A DNA stretch of 64,000 bases from an uncultured Pelagibacteraceae bacterium (GTDB lineage: Bacteria; Pseudomonadota; Alphaproteobacteria; Pelagibacterales; Pelagibacteraceae), in contig CACOGI010000004.1 of assembly GCA_902626725.1 (NCBI GenBank), positions 3,481-67,480 of the forward strand. Direction: 5' to 3'. This document shows positions 58,167 through 64,000 of this stretch, one piece after another. The position numbers and the translations under genes are program-made. The notes under the pieces were generated by a model. It ran no database searches. It had not been told where the DNA came from and was given only the letters and a program-made list of their open reading frames with translations. Numbering within the stretch: position 1 is the stretch's first letter; each line of letters starts with the position of its first letter.

Positions 58167-59258
58167 TAAATTTGATACAATGATTGCTCCAAAAATTCAT
58201 CTATCTCACCATCTAGAATTTTTTTAGGGTTTGTGCTTTCAAAATTTGTTCTATTATCCTTTACCAGTTGATATGGCTGTAAAACATATGATCTAATTTG
58301 ATGTCCCCACCCAATTTCAGATTTTGAAGACTCAACTGTTTCACTTTCTTGCTCCTTTTTTTTTATTTCATAATCATAAAGCCTAGCTTTGAGCATATTC
58401 ATACATGTTTCTTTATTTTTATGTTGTGATCTTTCATTTTGACACTGTACAACTATCTTAGAAGGTGTGTGTGTAATTCTTACAGCGCTATCAGTTGTAT
58501 TCACATGTTGTCCTCCAGCACCACTTGATCTATAAGTATCAATTCTCAAGTCTTTATCTAAAATTTCAATTTTGATATTTTCATCAACCACAGGATAAAC
58601 CCAAACACTAGCAAAACTTGTATGTCTTCTAGCACCTGAATCAAATGGTGAAATTCTAACTAGACGATGTATGCCCGACTCTTTTTTTAACCAACCAAAA
58701 GTATAATCTCCTTCAATTTTTATTGTTGAGGATTTAACTCCTGCTTCGTCCCCTTTGTGTTCACTAATTAAATTATATTTAAATTTTTTACTTTCTGCCC
58801 ACTTTAAATACATTCTTCTAAGCATACTGGCCCAATCCTGACTTTCTGTTCCTCCAGCGCCAGCATGAATTTCTATATAACAATCAAGAGCGTCAGCATC
58901 ATTTGATAAAAAACACATAATTTCTGTTTTTTTTATTTTTTTTTTTAATTCTCTTAAATTATTTAATAACTCTTGAAATAAATCATTATTATTTTCCTCT
59001 AAAGCTAATTTATACAGCTCTTGAATATCAGCAATATTTTTCTGTGAATTCTCGAAAGAGCTTGTCAAGTCCTCAAAAAGTTTTTTTTCTTTTAAAATTT
59101 TTTTTGAATTTAATTTATCTTGCCAAAAATTGGCCTCTAACATTTTCTTGTTTATATTCTTTAATTCTTCAAAAATATTTTTCTTTTCAAAGAAACTCCT
59201 TAATTCTAGAATTAATCTTTTTTATTTCTTCTATATAGGTGGGTATTATATTTTCCAT
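58166..59258 (-). CDS. prfB: Peptide chain release factor 2 with programmed +1 frameshift
   Basis: SPF and GGQ motifs. ATG 59258 gives MENIIPTYIEEIKKINSRIKEFL, then CTT TGA; the +1 frame continues EKKNIFEELKNINKKMLEANFW into the tracked ORF (363 aa total). Confidence 0.95.
59186..59200 (-). other. prfB +1 frameshift cassette
   Basis: Minus strand AGGAG-TTT-CTT-TGA-A: internal SD, 3-nt spacer, slippery CTT T and UGA stop. Confidence 0.92.
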
Positions 59259-61597
59259 TAATAAAATTTAAATATATTGTTTGAGTCTTTTATTTCTATA
59301 TTAGTATTTAAAACTTCATTATTAGCAATATCTTTTTTTTTAAAATTTTCGATGATTGTATTTTTTGTAGAAAACTTTACTCTTTGACCTGTTTGTGGGT
59401 CTACAACCATCATTATAATTCCCTCAGGAACCTTAAAGGGTCTTGATTCAGATTTTTTTATCGTATCCTCAATAAAGTTTCTGAAAATTGGTAATGCCGT
59501 TTTAGCACCTGTTTCATATTTACCTAAAGACTTTGGATTGTCAGAACCAACGTAAACACCAATTACAAGATTTGAAGTAAATCCGATAAACCAAGTATCA
59601 GTGTTATTATTTGTGGTTCCCGTTTTACCACCAATATTTAACTTTAAATCTTTTAATTTTTTACCAGTTCCTCTTAATACGACACCTTCTAAAATTGAGG
59701 TCATTTGATATGCGGTTTGAGAAGAAAAAATTTGCTTATACTCATCATCTATATCAGGATAGTTATCTCCCATATAAGAAATTTGATCACAATTCTTACA
59801 CTTCCTCATTTCATTATTCAAAATTGTGTTACCTTCACTGTCTTGAATTCTATCTATTAAAATTGGACTTACTAATTTACCTCCATTTACAAAAGCAGAA
59901 TATGCAGATGTAAGTTTAATTAAAGTTGTTTCTGCTGAACCAAGAGATATTGATAGAAGTTCATCAGGATTTTCATAAATTCCCAACTGTTCTGAAAAAT
60001 TCACAATTTTATTCAATCCTAAACTTTGTGCTATCCTTACAGTCATTAAATTTCTTGATTTTTCAAGACCAGTTCTTAGTGTTGAAGGTCCATAAAATTT
60101 TTTTCCATAGTTTTCTGGTTTCCATAACTTTAAGTCTTCACCCTGATCTAGAACTAATGGCGCATCCAAAATCAAAGTTGACGGTGAATAATTATTTTCT
60201 AATGCTAAAGCATACACAAAAGGTTTAAAGGCTGAACCTGGTTGTCTAAACGCTTGAGTGGCTCTATTAAATTCACTTTGTTTAAAGCTAAAACCTCCAC
60301 TCATTGCTAACACTCTTCCTGTATAAGGATCCATAACAACTATCCCGCCATTAATTTTTGGAAGTTGTTTTAAACTAAATTTATTTTTATCAAGTTTTTC
60401 AACATATACCACATCACCAATTTTAAATAATTCATCAAATTCCTTTTTGGTCCAAGAAATATCACTAAAACCTATTGTTCCAATTTCATTATCCTCAGTC
60501 TCAATTTTAGATGAGAATTGTTTAATATCCTTAATTATAGCAAGCTTCCAATTAATTGATTTTTCTAACTTATATTCTTTTAATTCTTTGGACCAATTTT
60601 TCTTGTAATTTTTTATATTTACTAATGGACCTCTCCACCCTTTTCTTTTATCATAAGATAACAATCCATTTCTCAACGATTTTGTTGCAATTTTTTGTAA
60701 GCTAAGATCAATAGGTGTATTTATATTAAAACCTTGCTTGTATACTCTATCATAACTCAAATCATTAATAATTTTTTTTCTAACATCCTCTATAAAATAT
60801 TGAGCGTCTTCTAAGAAAACTTTCTTTTTTTTATTTAACAATATTTTTTTGTTTATCAAATCTTCGTAAATTTGGTTATTAATGTATCCATTTTCCAGTA
60901 AATTTTTAAGAACTAAGTTTCTTCTAAATTTTGCTAATTCAATATCTCTATAAGGATTATATTTACTAGGAGCTTTTGGTAGAGCTGCTAAAAGAGCAGA
61001 CTCCTCATAATTAAGCTCTCTTATTGATTTGTCAAAATATTCTAAACTAGCAGCAGCTACGCCATAAGCACCTCCACCAAGATATATCTGATTTAAATAC
61101 AGTTCTAAAATTCTTTCTTTTGATAAAGCTCTTTCGATTCTAAAAGCAAGTATTGCCTCTTTGATTTTTCTATTGATGCTAACTTCGTTAGTCAGTAAAA
61201 AATTTTTAGCAACTTGTTGGGTGATTGTAGATGCTCCCTCTAATCTTTTTGATTGTATTATATTTGATATATTGTTAATGACTGCTCTTAAAACCCCTTT
61301 GGCATCAACTCCTGGGTGTGTGAAAAAATTTTTATCCTCTGCTGATAAGAAAGCATTAATTACATTTTCAGGTATAGATTCGTAAGGAACAAAAACTCTT
61401 TTTTCCCTCGAAAAATCAGCAACTAGTGTGCCATCACCAGAATAAACTTTACTAGAAACTGGGGGTTTATAATTTTTTAAGAATTTATAATCAGGGATAT
61501 TGTTAGAAAAACTCCATAAAACACTCAAAATGAGTACACTGAAAAGTAGTATTGAAGTTAAAATTACTACAATTAAATTTTTAAAAATACTGCTCAT
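59258..61597 (-). CDS. mrcA: Penicillin-binding protein 1A
   Basis: EDKNF, GASTITQQVAKN, RKIKE transglycosylase motifs. SAFK, SRN, KTG transpeptidase motifs. Confidence 0.94.
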   Translation of the reverse strand: MSSIFKNLIVVILTSILLFSVLILSVLWSFSNNIPDYKFLKNYKPPVSSKVYSGDGTLVADFSREKRVFVPYESIPENVINAFLSAEDKNFFTHPGVDAKGVLRAVINNISNIIQSKRLEGASTITQQVAKNFLLTNEVSINRKIKEAILAFRIERALSKERILELYLNQIYLGGGAYGVAAASLEYFDKSIRELNYEESALLAALPKAPSKYNPYRDIELAKFRRNLVLKNLLENGYINNQIYEDLINKKILLNKKKKVFLEDAQYFIEDVRKKIINDLSYDRVYKQGFNINTPIDLSLQKIATKSLRNGLLSYDKRKGWRGPLVNIKNYKKNWSKELKEYKLEKSINWKLAIIKDIKQFSSKIETEDNEIGTIGFSDISWTKKEFDELFKIGDVVYVEKLDKNKFSLKQLPKINGGIVVMDPYTGRVLAMSGGFSFKQSEFNRATQAFRQPGSAFKPFVYALALENNYSPSTLILDAPLVLDQGEDLKLWKPENYGKKFYGPSTLRTGLEKSRNLMTVRIAQSLGLNKIVNFSEQLGIYENPDELLSISLGSAETTLIKLTSAYSAFVNGGKLVSPILIDRIQDSEGNTILNNEMRKCKNCDQISYMGDNYPDIDDEYKQIFSSQTAYQMTSILEGVVLRGTGKKLKDLKLNIGGKTGTTNNNTDTWFIGFTSNLVIGVYVGSDNPKSLGKYETGAKTALPIFRNFIEDTIKKSESRPFKVPEGIIMMVVDPQTGQRVKFSTKNTIIENFKKKDIANNEVLNTNIEIKDSNNIFKFY

Positions 61598-61693
61598 TTT
61601 ATTTCCATTATATAAAGGAATTTGTTAAATATAAGGCTAAAACAAACAAAATTTTATGCTTTTTAAATCAACAAAAAAATTGTCTCAAATTTT

Positions 61694-63493
61694 ATGGAAA
61701 AAAATTTATATATTGATGCATCGCATCCAAATGAAACTAGAGTTGTTCTCAAATCAGGTGATCATATTGAAGATTACGAATATGAAGGTCTAAAGAATAA
61801 CTTAATTAAGAATAATATTTATCTTGGGAAAGTAAGTAGAATTGAGCCTTCTCTTCAAGCAGCTTTTATAGATTTTGGCAGAGATAGGCATGGCTTTTTA
61901 TCTTTTAATGATATTCAGTCAGATTATTATCAGATACCCCAAAGTGATTTAGAAAAAATTAAAATTGAGGAAGAAAGAATAAGAGAAGAATTATCAAAAA
62001 AAGTAGAGGCTATTGATAATGAAAATTTAGCAGACGGTAAACTTGAAGCAAATGACCCAGTCGAAGTATTAGAAAAGGATGAAATTGAGAATAAAAGTGA
62101 TCAAAAAAATTCTAATGAGAAAGATTTAGAAAATAAGGTCGAACAAAAACCTAAGTTTAAAAGATATAAAATTCAAGAAGTAATTAAACCTAATCAAGTA
62201 ATTCTTGTGCAGGTTATAAAGGATGAGAGAGGTCAGAAAGGAGCTGCCCTAAGCACATTCATTTCGATCGCCGGAAAATATATAGTTTTAATGCCAAATA
62301 CACCAAAGGGTGGTGGTATATCACGAAAGATTTTTAATCCTGCAGATCGTAAAAAAATAAGATCAATTTTAAATGAAATTGAAATACCAAAAGAAATGGG
62401 GCTGATAGTAAGAACAGCTGGAAGTAATAAAACAAAAAATGAGATTAATCATGACCTTGATACATTAAAAAATACTTGGAACCAAATTAAAGATGTGGCT
62501 TTAAATTCTATTGCTCCGTCCCTAATTCATCAAGAAAGTGAAATTATTAAACGAACATTGAGAGATATGTACGATGATAATACAAAGAATATAGTAGTTG
62601 AAGGTAATGAAGGCTATAAAAAAGCTCAATCTTTTATGAAAATGCTGATGCCTTCTCATGTAAAAAAAGTGAAAAAATATAGAGGAAAAGTTCCACTTTT
62701 TATAAATGAAAATATTGAGCAAAAATTAAATCAAATATTCGAGTCTGAAATAAAATTAAATTCTGGTGGTTATCTTGTGATCAACCCTACAGAGGCGTTG
62801 GTGTCAATTGATATAAACTCTGGAAGCTCTATTAAACAAAAAAATATAGAAAGTACTGCTCTTGATACTAATCTTGAGGCAGCTGAAGAGATTGCTAGAC
62901 AAATAAAGATAAGAGATTTATCTGGTTTAATAATTATAGATTTTATCGATATGCTGAGTTATGGAAACAGAAAGTTAGTAGAAAGAAAACTTAAAGAAAG
63001 ATGCAGACTAGATAGGGCCAGAATTCAAATTGGCAGAATAAGTAATTTTGGACTACTAGAAATGTCAAGACAAAGACTTAGAGAAAGTGCAATTAAATGG
63101 AAGGTTTCTTTAACCGATGAGTCTTTTGCTCAAAAAATTTTGAAGATTGTAGAAATTAAAGCAGTTATAAATAAAGCGAAATTTGTTGAGTTAAAAGTGT
63201 GTGAAAAAATTTCAAATTTTTTGAAAGAAAATTTTATTGACGACTTAACTTATTTTGAAAAGAAAAATAAAATTAAAATAGATATTGTCAGTGACAACAA
63301 ACTAATTATTCCTGAATATATCATTGATTTTAAAAATAAATCGAAAAAAACACTAGAATTAGTTGAGCATTATGAGAAATTAAAAAATCTTGAACAACAA
63401 AAAAAAGATGCAAATATTATTGAGTTTAAGGATAAAAAGAAATTCAAAAAGAAACCCTTCAAAAGAAAAAAATTTTTCAAAAAAGCTAAATAA
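61694..63493 (+). CDS. rne: Ribonuclease E/G
   Basis: [45 protein letters not shown]. Short basic C-tail. Confidence 0.93.
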   Translation: MEKNLYIDASHPNETRVVLKSGDHIEDYEYEGLKNNLIKNNIYLGKVSRIEPSLQAAFIDFGRDRHGFLSFNDIQSDYYQIPQSDLEKIKIEEERIREELSKKVEAIDNENLADGKLEANDPVEVLEKDEIENKSDQKNSNEKDLENKVEQKPKFKRYKIQEVIKPNQVILVQVIKDERGQKGAALSTFISIAGKYIVLMPNTPKGGGISRKIFNPADRKKIRSILNEIEIPKEMGLIVRTAGSNKTKNEINHDLDTLKNTWNQIKDVALNSIAPSLIHQESEIIKRTLRDMYDDNTKNIVVEGNEGYKKAQSFMKMLMPSHVKKVKKYRGKVPLFINENIEQKLNQIFESEIKLNSGGYLVINPTEALVSIDINSGSSIKQKNIESTALDTNLEAAEEIARQIKIRDLSGLIIIDFIDMLSYGNRKLVERKLKERCRLDRARIQIGRISNFGLLEMSRQRLRESAIKWKVSLTDESFAQKILKIVEIKAVINKAKFVELKVCEKISNFLKENFIDDLTYFEKKNKIKIDIVSDNKLIIPEYIIDFKNKSKKTLELVEHYEKLKNLEQQKKDANIIEFKDKKKFKKKPFKRKKFFKKAK

Positions 63494-64000
63494 TTCCTTT
63501 AGTTGGTGAAGATGGATTACCCATTAAATTTTTTTGTATCCTACCAGATAAATAAGATTGTCTTCCTGCTAAAACTGCATTTTTAAAAGCGCTTGCCATT
63601 GTGAATGGTTTTTTTGCTTTCGCTATAGCAGTATTCACTAATACTCCATCACATCCTAATTCCATTGCAATTGTTGCATCTGATGCTTGTCCAAGACCTG
63701 CATCAATTATTAAGGGTAATTTTGTTTGATTTCTAATAATTTTTATGTTGATTGTGTTTAAAATGCCAAGTCCGGAACCAATCGGTGCTGCTAATGGCAT
63801 TATTGCTGAGGCACCAGCGTTTTCTAACCTTTTTGCCATAAGGGGATCATCATTACAATAGACCATAACTTTAAAACCTTCTCTTGCTAAAATTTCTGTT
63901 GATTTAAGAGTTTCAATCATTTCAGGAAATAAATTTTTTTTATCACCAAGCACCTCAAGCTTGACTAGCTTCCACCCACCCATTTCTCTTGCTAATCTCA
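63486..64000 (-). CDS. thiG: Thiazole synthase, 5' part outside window
   Basis: [35 protein letters not shown]. Confidence 0.93.
   Translation of the reverse strand, partial: RLAREMGGWKLVKLEVLGDKKNLFPEMIETLKSTEILAREGFKVMVYCNDDPLMAKRLENAGASAIMPLAAPIGSGLGILNTINIKIIRNQTKLPLIIDAGLGQASDATIAMELGCDGVLVNTAIAKAKKPFTMASAFKNAVLAGRQSYLSGRIQKNLMGNPSSPTKGII

Noticed and set aside
58166-59258. prfB as a pseudogene or truncated gene
   Set aside because: The break is the conserved programmed frameshift cassette.
979-62722. Numerous short antisense or overlapping ORFs in the track (e.g. 979-1251, 10842-11210, 12470-12769, 44519-44884, 50319-50678, 57631-57939)
   Set aside because: They lie opposite well-supported genes, lack motifs, and have the Ser/Phe/Ile-rich composition of reverse-frame shadows.
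1-64000. CRISPR array, IS elements, rRNA
   Set aside because: No regularly spaced repeats, transposase or cas ORFs, or rRNA-like segments seen; nearly all sequence is accounted for by CDS.

Overview
AT-rich, extremely gene-dense alphaproteobacterial chromosome segment. Gene content, order and the tiny intergenic spacers are most consistent with a SAR11/Pelagibacter genome (inference, no search run). In order it holds: a truncated polar amino-acid SBP; a SAM by-product/polyamine cluster (speD-speE fusion, class II aldolase, mtnA, mtnP, divergent apt); rfbBA; tRNA-Met(CAT); an uncharacterised module of two paralogous tail-anchored micro-proteins divergent from a tandem winged-HTH protein; an organosulfonate island (ald, omega-aminotransferase, tauABC, ComC-like, pta, hpsN); alternative oxidase; cysEK; an array of small genes; Moco biosynthesis plus msrPQ; aldB with a very basic in-frame N-terminal extension; glnA; an untracked 56-aa ORF; the iscR-suf operon; anmK, tyrS, prfB (programmed +1 frameshift), PBP1A, rne and a truncated thiG. 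No integrase, transposase, prophage, CRISPR array or rRNA was seen. The best candidates for undescribed biology are the twin-HTH/VDIN micro-protein module (6975-8552), the histone-like leader on AldB (39081-39266), the small ORF with a LysR-like box after glnA, and a direct-repeat-bounded GYD cassette.
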